Positions 45,611 through 54,097 of a DNA stretch of 57,822 bases are shown here, piece by piece (position 1 is the first letter of the stretch; every line of letters starts with the position of its first letter). Both the position numbers and the translations under genes were made by a program. The notes beneath the pieces are model-generated. The model did no database searches. It was given only the letters and a program-made list of their open reading frames with translations, and was not told the origin of the DNA. Origin of the DNA: a virus (lineage: Duplodnaviria; Caudoviricetes); the IMG/VR virus record IMGVR_UViG_3300043640_000164, positions 1 through 57,822 of that record; one strand, 5' to 3'.

Positions 45611-45858
45611 CAGTTGAACACCGTCAGGACGCTGAAGGCGAAGGACAACGAGCCGGCGATGATGAGGCCGGCGACCCAGTAGGCGGCACGGCGTAGGCCG
45701 TGGACTTCGGTGGTGAGCGCGTTGATCGCGGCCGACAGCCCGCGCTCGCCGTTGATCTGCTCTTCGGTCCGGGCGGTGATGGTCGCCTGGATGTCGGCGC
45801 GCTCGGTGAGAGCAGCGACTTCGGCCTGGACTTTGCGGACATCCTCCAGGACGGTCAC
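45610..45858 (-). CDS. Coiled-coil protein with a C-terminal TM segment
   Basis: NG..GL, TM AYWVAGLIIAG. Confidence 0.65.
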   Translation of the reverse strand: MTVLEDVRKVQAEVAALTERADIQATITARTEEQINGERGLSAAINALTTEVHGLRRAAYWVAGLIIAGSLSFAFSVLTVFN

Positions 45859-46307
45859 AGCAGCTTCCCCACTTTCTCGGTGAGGTCGGCGACCGAGCGC
45901 CGGACCTCAGACAGCTGGGCCTCGGCGACCTCGCGCGGCATGAACGTCGACATCAGAATGCCGCTCTGCTCTTGCTGGCTGCGTTCGCGGTCGGCGGATT
46001 GGCCGCGCCATTCGTTGACCGCCTCGAAGCGCTTTTCGGTGGCGGCCTCAGCCTTGTTGATGGCCTGCGAGGAGGCGTCGGTGATGATCGACATTTCGCG
46101 GCGCAGAGCTTCGAGGCGTTCGACCTCCAGGTGTTCGGCGGATTCGAGGGCGAGGCGGATCTGCTCAACCTGGTTCTGGACGTGCTGGCGCAGTTCACGG
46201 TCGCCTTCGGTGATCCGGCGTGACAGCTCAGCGCAGATGGACTCGATGTGCTCGCGAAGGGTGACATCGACGGCGCGCCGGTTGAACGGCTCCGGGGTGT
46301 CGGGCAT
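45855..46307 (-). CDS. Coiled-coil hypothetical protein
   Basis: AINKAE.ATEKRF..VNEWR motif. Confidence 0.68.
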   Translation of the reverse strand: MPDTPEPFNRRAVDVTLREHIESICAELSRRITEGDRELRQHVQNQVEQIRLALESAEHLEVERLEALRREMSIITDASSQAINKAEAATEKRFEAVNEWRGQSADRERSQQEQSGILMSTFMPREVAEAQLSEVRRSVADLTEKVGKLL

Positions 46308-46317
46308 AGCGATGGGC

Positions 46318-46407
46318 TCACAGCCGGTCGAGCACAGCGAAGGCCAGCGCGATGAGGATCACCAGGGCGATGACGGTGATGAGCAGGCCGATGGGGTCGC
46401 GGGGCAT
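46318..46407 (-). CDS. 29-aa single-TM peptide
   Basis: MPRDPIGLLITVIALVILIALAFAVLDRL; AAGGA RBS. Confidence 0.6.
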   Translation of the reverse strand: MPRDPIGLLITVIALVILIALAFAVLDRL

Positions 46408-46559
46408 GGTGTGTGGTCCTTCCACTTGCGATCGGGCGCCTGAGGACGTAGGCTCACCGGCGCTTTCACTCTGGAGCCATGGCTCGGTTTCCGACGGATG
46501 CGTTTGGGATCGCTGTACGGGAACAGGCGGCGCGGGCTAACCACCCGCGCCGTTCTCGT

Positions 46560-46874
46560 TCAGGCGACCGGCGGCAGCTGAGCGCCGCGCCCGTAGTTGC
46601 AGCTGGCGCACGCGGGCACGAGGTTGCCGATGTGGCCGCCGCCGCGGGCGACGGGGATCAGGTGGTCGGCGGTGACGGCCGGCGCTGAGCACCAGTGGCA
46701 CGTCGGGTACCCGGCGAGGATCCGTGCCCGCTCGCGGTAGTACGTGGCGTCCTGGGCCCGGGTGGTGGGGCTCCGGCTCGCGCGCCCGACCGGAGCATGG
46801 ACAGCGCACCGCCGGTCGGTGGGGCCGGCGGGCGTGAACGGCGCGCCGCAGACCTGGCAGGCGCGCATGGTCAT
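46560..46874 (-). CDS. HNH endonuclease (terminase-associated type)
   Basis: CHWC...TADHLIP..GG...NLVPACASCN. Confidence 0.85.
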   Translation of the reverse strand: MTMRACQVCGAPFTPAGPTDRRCAVHAPVGRASRSPTTRAQDATYYRERARILAGYPTCHWCSAPAVTADHLIPVARGGGHIGNLVPACASCNYGRGAQLPPVA

Positions 46875-46940
46875 CGGTGCCTGATCTCTCGCGCGCGTGC
46901 GCGCACGTGGCGCGCGCGAGCGCGCGCACGCGAAGAGACC

Positions 46941-47197
46941 CGGGCAACTTGGACAAGTTGATGTCTGTTGGGCCTCTTGGTGATGTTGGGCAAGTTGGGC
47001 ATGTTGGGCTTCTTGACGGTCAACTTGCCCAAGTTGCCCCAGATCACAAGTAGGTCAGGGGGGGCAAGTTGACTCGGGTCAGTTGGGCCAATTGGATTTG
47101 TTGGGCAACTTGGGCAAGTTGGGCATCTTGGTGCAGTTGGACAACATGGGCGCCTTGGAATTGTTGGGCGCCTTGGGGCAGGTTGGGCAACTTGACT
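46941..47197. repeat. Iteron-like array with about 9-bp period (GGGCAAGTT / CAACTTG)
   Basis: Nine exact CAAGTTG or CAACTTG heptamers plus variants in non-coding, AT-richer DNA. Confidence 0.85.
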
Positions 47198-47221
47198 GAG
47201 CGGGCGAGCCTTCGCTAGGGT
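47192..47221 (+). promoter_or_regulatory. Putative housekeeping-sigma promoter
   Basis: TTGACT-N18-TAGGGT. Confidence 0.5.
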
Positions 47222-47369
47222 CCGGCGCGGCCGGATGGGGGCGCCGCGATGGGGCGCTGGGACGGGGGCGATTCTGAAGGCTGTAGTCCCCGCCCCGGCA
47301 CCGCTCGGTGGCGCCCCCGCTGCCCGGCCCGGCGACCGGCAGCATCGACAAGGAATAGGACAACGAGCG

Positions 47370-47447
47370 ATGAAGACCTGGGCGTGGAAGTGGAAGCAGG
47401 TATGGCTAAGACTGCGCGGGCGGCCGTACGCAGACTGGCGTGACTGA
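47370..47447 (+). CDS. Trp/Lys/Arg-rich 25-aa micro-protein
   Basis: MKTWAWKWKQVWLRLRGRPYADWRD preceded by AGGAATAGGA. Confidence 0.4.
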   Translation: MKTWAWKWKQVWLRLRGRPYADWRD

Positions 47448-47567
47448 ACGATCCGGCCCGTAGTAGGGTCGCCGTGGGCCGGGAGGGAATCGCGTCGGGG
47501 CTCCGGGTTAGGTCCCTTCGGGGAGCGCCTAAGAGCCCGGCCGGGGGTTGCACCGCGGCACGTTATG

Positions 47568-47614
47568 CGGACGCGCCCTCCCGGCACCCCTGCGATCGGA
47601 CGCGCCCTCCCGGC
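47568..47614. repeat. 18-bp perfect direct repeat, two copies
   Basis: CGGACGCGCCCTCCCGGC at 47568 and 47597, just past the endolysin stop. Confidence 0.85.
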
Positions 47615-47616
47615 TC

Positions 47617-48111
47617 TTAGATGCTGCGGCGCGTCGGACCGCGGTCGTCGCGGTAGTCCATCGACAGGATGTAGGGGCCGGCCTCGGAGCCGTGGCTGAA
47701 CACGCGCCCGCCGCCGATGTAGGTGGCGACGTGCTCGTAGGTGGGCGCCGGCCCGTAGAGGATGGCGTCGCCGACCTTGGCGTTGCGGATGTCGTGGACA
47801 GCCTTGCCGTGGGTGGCGATCGTGCCGGTGTAGCCGGAGGTCCACCGCGTGCCGTTGACGTAGTCGCCCTGCGCGCCGACGTGCGTCAGTGCGTTCCACA
47901 GCAGCCAACTGTGTGTCGAGGAGCAGTCGCCGTGATGGGGGACGTTGTGATCGGCGATCCGCAGACGCTTGTTGATGCCCTCCCAGCGGTCGGCGCCCTG
48001 GCTGTAGTGGACGGCGCCGGGGTTGGCCATCAGCATCTCGACGCCGCGGAGGATGACCCGGCGGGCGTCGGCTGCATGGGCGTCAGACAGACCGGAGACA
48101 CGCGCGCTCAT
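47617..48111 (-). CDS. Endolysin, NlpC/P60-type peptidase
   Basis: HYSQ..RW, GDCSS, GYTGT, GD.ILYG, HVA.Y.G.G..SHGSE. Confidence 0.82.
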   Translation of the reverse strand: MSARVSGLSDAHAADARRVILRGVEMLMANPGAVHYSQGADRWEGINKRLRIADHNVPHHGDCSSTHSWLLWNALTHVGAQGDYVNGTRWTSGYTGTIATHGKAVHDIRNAKVGDAILYGPAPTYEHVATYIGGGRVFSHGSEAGPYILSMDYRDDRGPTRRSI

Positions 48112-48404
48112 GCGCGGGCGCCTCGCGCGCCTGCGTCTCCGAGGTCGGTCGCGACGTTGACCGGGTCGGTGGTCGGCAGGTGCGGCAGCGCCGGCAGGAC
48201 GTCCCCGGGTTCGGTGTCGGCCCCGCGGGCCTCGTGCGCCTGCCAGCCCTCCAGCCACTTGCGGACCACGAGGGCGATGGCCCCGAGCCCGCCGACGATG
48301 CCGACCGTGCTGTTGATGTCCAGGTCGGCGACGGCCGGCGCGAGCGCGCCGAGCAGCGCCGCGCCCGAGGTCAGGTAGACCGCGACCCGGTTGGGAGCGA
48401 ACAT
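48108..48404 (-). CDS. Holin
   Basis: Two TM segments; coupled upstream of the endolysin. Confidence 0.72.
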   Translation of the reverse strand: MFAPNRVAVYLTSGAALLGALAPAVADLDINSTVGIVGGLGAIALVVRKWLEGWQAHEARGADTEPGDVLPALPHLPTTDPVNVATDLGDAGARGARA

Positions 48405-48881
48405 GATGATGGCCTTCCGGTGTGGGAGGCCGAGGCGAAGGGGCCTCGGCTCGTACGCCCGCGGTAGCCCCAGCGGGCGCGGAGGTCAGGAGGTGGCGCA
48501 GGGTTGCCCGCTGAGCGCCGTGACGGCGCTCAGCGAGACCTGGTGTGAAGAAGAACGCCCGACGTCGCAGGGAGCGGCACGGTCCGTGGAGCCCAGTCGG
48601 TGGATGCAGCCCGCTGTTTGTCGGGCCATGGGAGCACCAAAGGACTGGCTGAGGACGTGGCTCGGACGCCGGGCGTTTCGCAACCTAGCACCATTTGCAG
48701 GGCTTTTGTGGGCAAGGCCTATAGGTACGTAACCATGAACCATCCTTGGTACTCAGGTCCGTCCATCGCCCATTTCCGGCGCGCGGGTCGTCTCTCGCCG
48801 GGGGCGGGCCACAACGACGAAGCGCCCCCGCTCCCGAGGGAGGCGGGGGCGAGGGCGCTAGGTCAAACCCCTCTCGAGGAG

Positions 48882-49445
48882 CTAGGTGGCGCGGCCGGCG
48901 CGCCAGATGGTGGTAGCGGGGACGCCGCTGATCGCCTCAGCCTGCCGATAGGACAGGCCGAGTTCGACCAGCGCCCGTGCGCGCTCGCGCGCGTCGACCG
49001 GCAAGGGCTCAGACAACGGGTCGCCGTACTCGGGGTCCAGGCCGCCCTCCACCCGGGCGACGCGCACCAGGGACTCCGTGCAACGCATCGCGAGCGCGAC
49101 CTGAGCCGGCGCCCAGCCGGCGCACTCCACGATGCGCCCCTTCAGGTCGTCCAGCGTCTCCACGGCGGTCGGCGCGGTCAGCGGTCGGCGCTTCCACGCG
49201 TCAAGCTCGGCGCTCGCCTCGGCCATGATGCTCTCGACGTCGGCGCCAGGGACGCGCAGAGCATCTACATATCGAAGGTGCGGTGGCGCCGACTCCCCGG
49301 TCGGCAGCACCTGGGCAGTCTCACCGCCTCGTCCGGCAAGGGGCGATAGGCTCGCCGTCGAGCCATGCGACAGGAGTTCCAGCCCGATGAGAATCTGTCG
49401 CTGATCGAAGCTCAGTCGCGGTGTGGCGGTGGAAGCAGCGCCCAT
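48882..49445 (-). CDS. HTH protein, probable late-gene activator
   Basis: Two HTH-like motifs (PAQVALAMRCTESLV; LSYRQAEAISGVPATTIWR); heads the late operon. Confidence 0.65.
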   Translation of the reverse strand: MGAASTATPRLSFDQRQILIGLELLSHGSTASLSPLAGRGGETAQVLPTGESAPPHLRYVDALRVPGADVESIMAEASAELDAWKRRPLTAPTAVETLDDLKGRIVECAGWAPAQVALAMRCTESLVRVARVEGGLDPEYGDPLSEPLPVDARERARALVELGLSYRQAEAISGVPATTIWRAGRAT

Positions 49446-49605
49446 GACCGTTTTCGATCATACGTGGTCTGTCCGGCGCATGGGCGAGGATGGATGCTGT
49501 TGTGTATCTAGAGACTTCTGACCGGTGTGACCTTGCCGCAGCGGCCTTCCCTAGGGTGGCGCGAATGATCTGCATTCGGGTAAGCTGACCCAATGGGAGC
49601 ACCCC

Positions 49606-49755
49606 TTGTCCAAAAGGACCAGGCTGGGCGCCGCGCCACTACCCGGCTTTTCATGGGTGGGCATCGTCGCGGGTGGCTGGATCGTCGTCGGCGTGATCGC
49701 GCCCGCCGTACGGGTCCCGCGGTCCCTGGTCAGGGCGCGGACGTCAGCCTGCTGA
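49606..49755 (+). CDS. Small membrane protein
   Basis: TTG start after GGGAG; WVGIVAGGWIVVGVIAP. Confidence 0.4.
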   Translation: MSKRTRLGAAPLPGFSWVGIVAGGWIVVGVIAPAVRVPRSLVRARTSAC

Positions 49756-49786
49756 CGTCCCGCGCCGTCGAGCGGCCGAAGGAACA

Positions 49787-50224
49787 TTGAGCGTGACGAC
49801 CGGGGTTCCGAGCTTCAACGGCCCATCCTTCGCGGCCTGGTTGCGCCGCTGGAAGGACGCCGAGGGGCTCGCGTGGGCTGACATCGCCGAGCGCGGTGGG
49901 CTGAGCATGTCGACCTTGGCCGGCATCGCCGCCGGAGACCCGCCGGCCGCCGCGCGCCGTCGTGGGCAAACGGAGATCAACCCGGGCGTCAACGCGCTGG
50001 CTCGCATCGCCTATGCCCTCGGGCTGGAGTTGTCCTATGTGTTGGCCAAGGGCGGGCTCACCCCCCGTTACGGCGACCGGTGGGCGAACTTCACGCGTGA
50101 GGAGCGCGCGGCCCTGCTCTACGTCCTGCGCGATACACGCGCCGACGACGGCCCGGTGCTCGTGGGCATCGTGGAAGAACTTCAACTTCACTACAAGACC
50201 ACCACCAACGAGGAGCCTGCCTAA
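49787..50224 (+). CDS. XRE-like HTH regulator
   Basis: LAWADIAERGGLSMSTL...LARIAYALG. Confidence 0.72.
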   Translation: MSVTTGVPSFNGPSFAAWLRRWKDAEGLAWADIAERGGLSMSTLAGIAAGDPPAAARRRGQTEINPGVNALARIAYALGLELSYVLAKGGLTPRYGDRWANFTREERAALLYVLRDTRADDGPVLVGIVEELQLHYKTTTNEEPA

Positions 50225-50225
50225 G

Positions 50226-51056
50226 ATGGCGACCGCAACACCGACGAAGCGCGCTACGCCGGTAAAGCCCAGCGAGAACGGAAGTGCGGCCTTGCCGTAC
50301 CGGTTTGAGGTTGTCCCATTGAAGTACCTAGTCGTGGACAAGTATCAGCGTCCGCTCTCGACGTTCGTGGATCGAATCATTAGGAAGTTCGACCCCGCGC
50401 TTGTCGGAACCCTGTGCGCCAGTGAGCGGTCTAAGACCAAGTTCGCGCTCATCGACGGGCAGACGCGCGCCAAGGCGATGGAGCGCCTCGGGATGCGCGA
50501 CGCGCCGTGCATCGTCTACGAGGGACTGACGTTGGAACAGGAAGCGGAGTTGTTTTCCAAGTTCCAGACCGAGCGCCGCGGGATGACCTCGGCCTCACGT
50601 TTCAAGGCCCAGGTCATCGCAGGTAACGAGATCGCGACTGCGATCAACGACATTGTGGAAGGACTGGGCTTCACCATCGACCACAACAGCAGCGAGCCGG
50701 GAGCGTTGCGCGCCGTGGCCGCGCTGGAGTACGCCTACCGTGGCGCGAGCGGGCAACGAAACTCCGCCGCTAAGAGGCCTGAGCTACTGGCGACCGTGCT
50801 GGAGGTCATCCGGGGCGCATGGCCGAAGGTGCCCGATACCGCCAAGTCGGCGCTCATGATCCGCGGGCTCGCGTTCTTCCTTAACACCGTCGAGGACGTC
50901 CAGCAGGAAAGGTTGACGACCAAGTTGTCGAAGATCACGCCCTCGGATCTTGCGAAGCGCGCAGAGATGCTGCGCGAAGGTCACGGGGGTATGTCAGGTA
51001 AGAGTCCCGCCTACCTGGCCGAGGCGATCGAGGCTCAGTACCGCAAGGGCAGGTAG
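50226..51056 (+). CDS. ParB/Srx-like domain protein (DUF6551-like)
   Basis: L.VD.YQR, FDP..VG, LIDGQTR, EA.LF motifs; GAGGAG RBS. Confidence 0.8.
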   Translation: MATATPTKRATPVKPSENGSAALPYRFEVVPLKYLVVDKYQRPLSTFVDRIIRKFDPALVGTLCASERSKTKFALIDGQTRAKAMERLGMRDAPCIVYEGLTLEQEAELFSKFQTERRGMTSASRFKAQVIAGNEIATAINDIVEGLGFTIDHNSSEPGALRAVAALEYAYRGASGQRNSAAKRPELLATVLEVIRGAWPKVPDTAKSALMIRGLAFFLNTVEDVQQERLTTKLSKITPSDLAKRAEMLREGHGGMSGKSPAYLAEAIEAQYRKGR

Positions 51057-51115
51057 CGGGGGGGCAGGCCCCGCATTTCGTAGATCGGCCGTGACGGGAG
51101 AGGAACGGGAGACGT

Positions 51116-51802
51116 ATGGACAGGGTTCTTGAGGCACGCATTACGGCAGTTCAGACGCGCCTAGCGCAGTTGACGGCGCGTGAACAGGGATTGCTGAGAA
51201 AGCTCAACGCGGTGCGGGATGAGATGGCCGGCGCCCGCGCCGAGGAGCAACAGGTCGCCAGGGCCATCGCCAAGGCCAACCAGCCTCCGTCTGAGGAGGC
51301 GTGGCGCGCAGCAGTCCGCAGGCTCGGGATCTTCACCGTGTCGGAAGTCGCGGCGGAACTGGGCGTCACCTCGGCGACGGCCAAGCGTCACATGGACATG
51401 ATGGCCGAGGCCGATCCGCCGATCGTCAAGCCCGATGGCCGCCTCGGCAAAGCGCCGATGTACTCCTACATCAAGCCAACGGAGGCGGGGGCCGCGTTCG
51501 ACATCCAGAAGCTCCGCGCGGTAGAGGTCGCGGAGATCGTCGCGACCTCGCGTCCGTCATCGGCGCCGGTGCCCGGCACGGGCTCACACCCGGCCGATGT
51601 GATCGCCGCAGCCGCCGTGCGCCGCGTCGTCAAGAAGGCCATTGCCAACGGGTGGAGGCTCCAGGCGAAGGGCGATGGTCACTACTCACTGCGCAAGGGC
51701 AGCGCGGAGGTCGGCGTGGCTGGGACGCCGAAGAACCCGACCGGCGCCGCCGCCGTGATCGAGCGAATGATGCGTAATGCCGAGCAGCGGATGGCGGCCT
51801 GA
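51116..51802 (+). CDS. Coiled-coil, winged HTH and C-terminal HicA-like domain
   Basis: FTVSEVAAELGVT..TA; VKKA..NGW....GDGHY.L....V..TP. Confidence 0.65.
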   Translation: MDRVLEARITAVQTRLAQLTAREQGLLRKLNAVRDEMAGARAEEQQVARAIAKANQPPSEEAWRAAVRRLGIFTVSEVAAELGVTSATAKRHMDMMAEADPPIVKPDGRLGKAPMYSYIKPTEAGAAFDIQKLRAVEVAEIVATSRPSSAPVPGTGSHPADVIAAAAVRRVVKKAIANGWRLQAKGDGHYSLRKGSAEVGVAGTPKNPTGAAAVIERMMRNAEQRMAA

Positions 51803-51857
51803 CCCACGAATTACAGAGACGCACGCGGCTCGAAATTGACGTTCCAGGGAGAACCGG

Positions 51858-52595
51858 ATGGCAGCGCAGCCCAGCCCAGAAGATGACCATGACGCCCCAC
51901 CTCGCTACGCGGGCGACACCGACAACCTGCTCGCGCTGGTGACCGCGACGCACAAGCTGTTCATGCTTCAGAACGGTGACGAGATCATCGCGGCGAGCGA
52001 ACGCAGCACGGCCATTCAGGTCGTCGGCGACCAGGTGGAGCGTCGTGCACATGCGCTCATTGAGCAGGTGCGCACGATCCGTGGCGTTCCGGAGCCGGCT
52101 CGCGTCGTTCCCGTGCCGGCGCCGCCGCCCCCGCAGGCCGCACCAACCCGCCTGACAGGCGCGCATGTGCGCCAGGCCATGGCGAGGATGGAGACGTTCA
52201 CCATGTCCGAGCTGGTCTCCGAGCTTGGGTTCTCCAAGCCCACCATCATGAAGTTCGTCAGGCCGATGCTCTTGGCCGAAACGCTGAAGGAAGACGGGCG
52301 GGTCGGGCGCAGCATGACGTACGTCTACCAGCGCCCCGACGTGCCGCCGGACCCTACCTCGCACCCCCACGGCCCGGACCCTGAGCGGCTGGCCGGTGTG
52401 GGGCAAGACAGGCGCGCGACGGGCGAGCCGGTCCGCGTGGCGGCGATGTCCAAGCTGACGCGGCGCGGGCGTTCAACCGGAGGCGTGCGCCACCAGCACA
52501 TGCAGCGCGACAAGGCCTACGACCGGATGCAGGACGCGAAGAGCGCGCGCGCCGAGGAGCAGCGGCGCAAAGCACACGAGCAGAAGGGCAAGTGA
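51858..52595 (+). CDS. Winged-HTH protein, paralog of the preceding gene
   Basis: FTMSELVSELGFSKPT...DGRVGR...Y.Y..P matches the upstream wHTH. Confidence 0.68.
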   Translation: MAAQPSPEDDHDAPPRYAGDTDNLLALVTATHKLFMLQNGDEIIAASERSTAIQVVGDQVERRAHALIEQVRTIRGVPEPARVVPVPAPPPPQAAPTRLTGAHVRQAMARMETFTMSELVSELGFSKPTIMKFVRPMLLAETLKEDGRVGRSMTYVYQRPDVPPDPTSHPHGPDPERLAGVGQDRRATGEPVRVAAMSKLTRRGRSTGGVRHQHMQRDKAYDRMQDAKSARAEEQRRKAHEQKGK

Positions 52596-52951
52596 CCATG
52601 GACTACGACTACGACGAGATGACGCCGGACGGCCGGTATGTCATCCGGCGCGTGACGGTGCCCGATCCGCTGTACGGCAAGACCCATGACTGGTACGTGT
52701 CGCTCCCGGCCGGCGACCGCTGGCTTCGCTATGGCCGCACCACGAACCCGATGCCGACCAACCGCTACATGCCGCTCGACGGCGACCGCGCATACGAGAA
52801 GTTGCGTCATGCCCTAGGTCGCGTCGGCCAGCCATGGGCGACGGTCGAGCAGGTGCCATCGGTCACGGAGATCGCCGAAGCACAGGGCGGGGTCGCCGTA
52901 GCGATCACGAACGATGAGGTCTCCATCCTCCACGACGGCCGGAAGTCGTAA
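52592..52951 (+). CDS. Hypothetical protein
   Basis: Coupled ORF. Confidence 0.6.
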   Translation: MTMDYDYDEMTPDGRYVIRRVTVPDPLYGKTHDWYVSLPAGDRWLRYGRTTNPMPTNRYMPLDGDRAYEKLRHALGRVGQPWATVEQVPSVTEIAEAQGGVAVAITNDEVSILHDGRKS

Positions 52952-53268
52952 TGCAGCCGCTCCCCTTCCCACCCACCCAGGTCCAGTACGACAACTGGTA
53001 CGCGTCGGGCGAGCAGCGTGTAGCTCTCGATCCCGACTTCTACCAGTCCGATCTCATGGACGGAAACATCATGGTCCTGACCGCGTTCGCGATTGAGGCC
53101 AAGTACCCGCACTTGCGCCGACGACTGACCGAGGTCGTGCCCGATTGCGTCGAGCGCGCCATGGCTGACCTCGGGATGTTCGGCGGCGCCGGGCATCTCG
53201 CTGAGCAGGTGGGGTTGCCCGCCGATGAAGTACAGGAACTGATGATGGGCACGTTCGCGAAGTCATGA
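52951..53268 (+). CDS. Hypothetical protein
   Basis: TAATG coupling. Confidence 0.6.
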   Translation: MQPLPFPPTQVQYDNWYASGEQRVALDPDFYQSDLMDGNIMVLTAFAIEAKYPHLRRRLTEVVPDCVERAMADLGMFGGAGHLAEQVGLPADEVQELMMGTFAKS

Positions 53269-53274
53269 TCTCCT

Positions 53275-53350
53275 GCCGGCGTCGTGCTAAAGGCCTAAGG
53301 ACACCCCACATCTATCCGGGGAAATGCCGGTTCGAGTCCGGCCGCCGGCC
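53275..53350 (+). tRNA. tRNA-like gene with an aberrant anticodon arm (possible CUA anticodon)
   Basis: Perfect 7-bp acceptor GCCGGCG/CGCCGGC; perfect T arm GCCGG-TTCGAGT-CCGGC; D loop with GG; anticodon arm CCCC-ACATCTATCC-GGGG; fills an intergenic gap. Confidence 0.72.
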
Positions 53351-53372
53351 CTCACCAACCACCAACATCTAG

Positions 53373-53747
53373 ATGACCAACACCAACAACAACGAGCGGG
53401 ACTTCCGCGACTTCTACGGCTTGCCCGATGACGAGCCGCTGCCTCCTCGCCTGGGTGAGGTGACGATTCTGCCACCCACGGTGCAGCAGGCCGGCGACCC
53501 GCGCGGCGCGGACGCCACGTGGACGTTGATGCCCGCGCCCGCGGGGGTGTGCAGCCAATGCGCGCGTGACCATGAGCCCGAAGCGCCACACGACGCTCTC
53601 TCGCTGCACTACCAGGTGGTGTTCAACGCCGAGCATGGGCGCGCGCCCACGTGGGCCGACGCCATGGCCCACTGCGCGCCCGGGGTGCGCGCCCTGTGGA
53701 CCGAGCGCCTGGTCGCGCTCGGGGAGACCGTCGAGAGAAGCTCATGA
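53373..53747 (+). CDS. Conserved Cys/His phage protein
   Basis: CSQCA..H....PH...SL.YQ..F...HGR.PTWADAMAHC. Confidence 0.7.
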   Translation: MTNTNNNERDFRDFYGLPDDEPLPPRLGEVTILPPTVQQAGDPRGADATWTLMPAPAGVCSQCARDHEPEAPHDALSLHYQVVFNAEHGRAPTWADAMAHCAPGVRALWTERLVALGETVERSS

Positions 53748-53938
53748 TCATCACCGCCAAGCTGCACGATACCGGCGGCTATGCCCCTGCCCCGGCGCCG
53801 CCCATCGTTGCCGAGCGAGCCCTTGCGAGCGCGGCCGGGGCCGGCGAGTTCGTATCCGAGGCGGTGGAGCACATGTCCGGTGGCATCGAGCCCGGCGCGG
53901 TCCGGGCCATCACATTCACCATCGAAGTGGCGGGCTGA
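53744..53938 (+). CDS. Hypothetical protein
   Basis: ATGA-coupled ORF. Confidence 0.55.
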   Translation: MIITAKLHDTGGYAPAPAPPIVAERALASAAGAGEFVSEAVEHMSGGIEPGAVRAITFTIEVAG

Positions 53939-53941
53939 TCC

Positions 53942-54097
53942 ATGGCGCGCGACTTCAGCTGTCAGAACGGCCAGCCGTACATGACCAAGGCCGACGCCAT
54001 CAAGGCGCTGCCCGAGGGCACGCCGGTTCGTCGCTGCGACCGTTGCCGGCGCTGGCACATGGACGTCAAGAAGGCCAAGCGAAGGAAGCGCACCTGA
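53942..54097 (+). CDS. Small zinc-binding protein
   Basis: C...Y.T..DA...RCDRC..WH. Confidence 0.6.
   Translation: MARDFSCQNGQPYMTKADAIKALPEGTPVRRCDRCRRWHMDVKKAKRRKRT

Noticed and set aside
46941-47197. CRISPR array or Pro/Asn-repeat protein (ORFs 46871-47908, 47079-47363)
   Set aside because: No repeat-spacer structure or cas genes; repeats occur in both orientations and the ORFs lack credible starts
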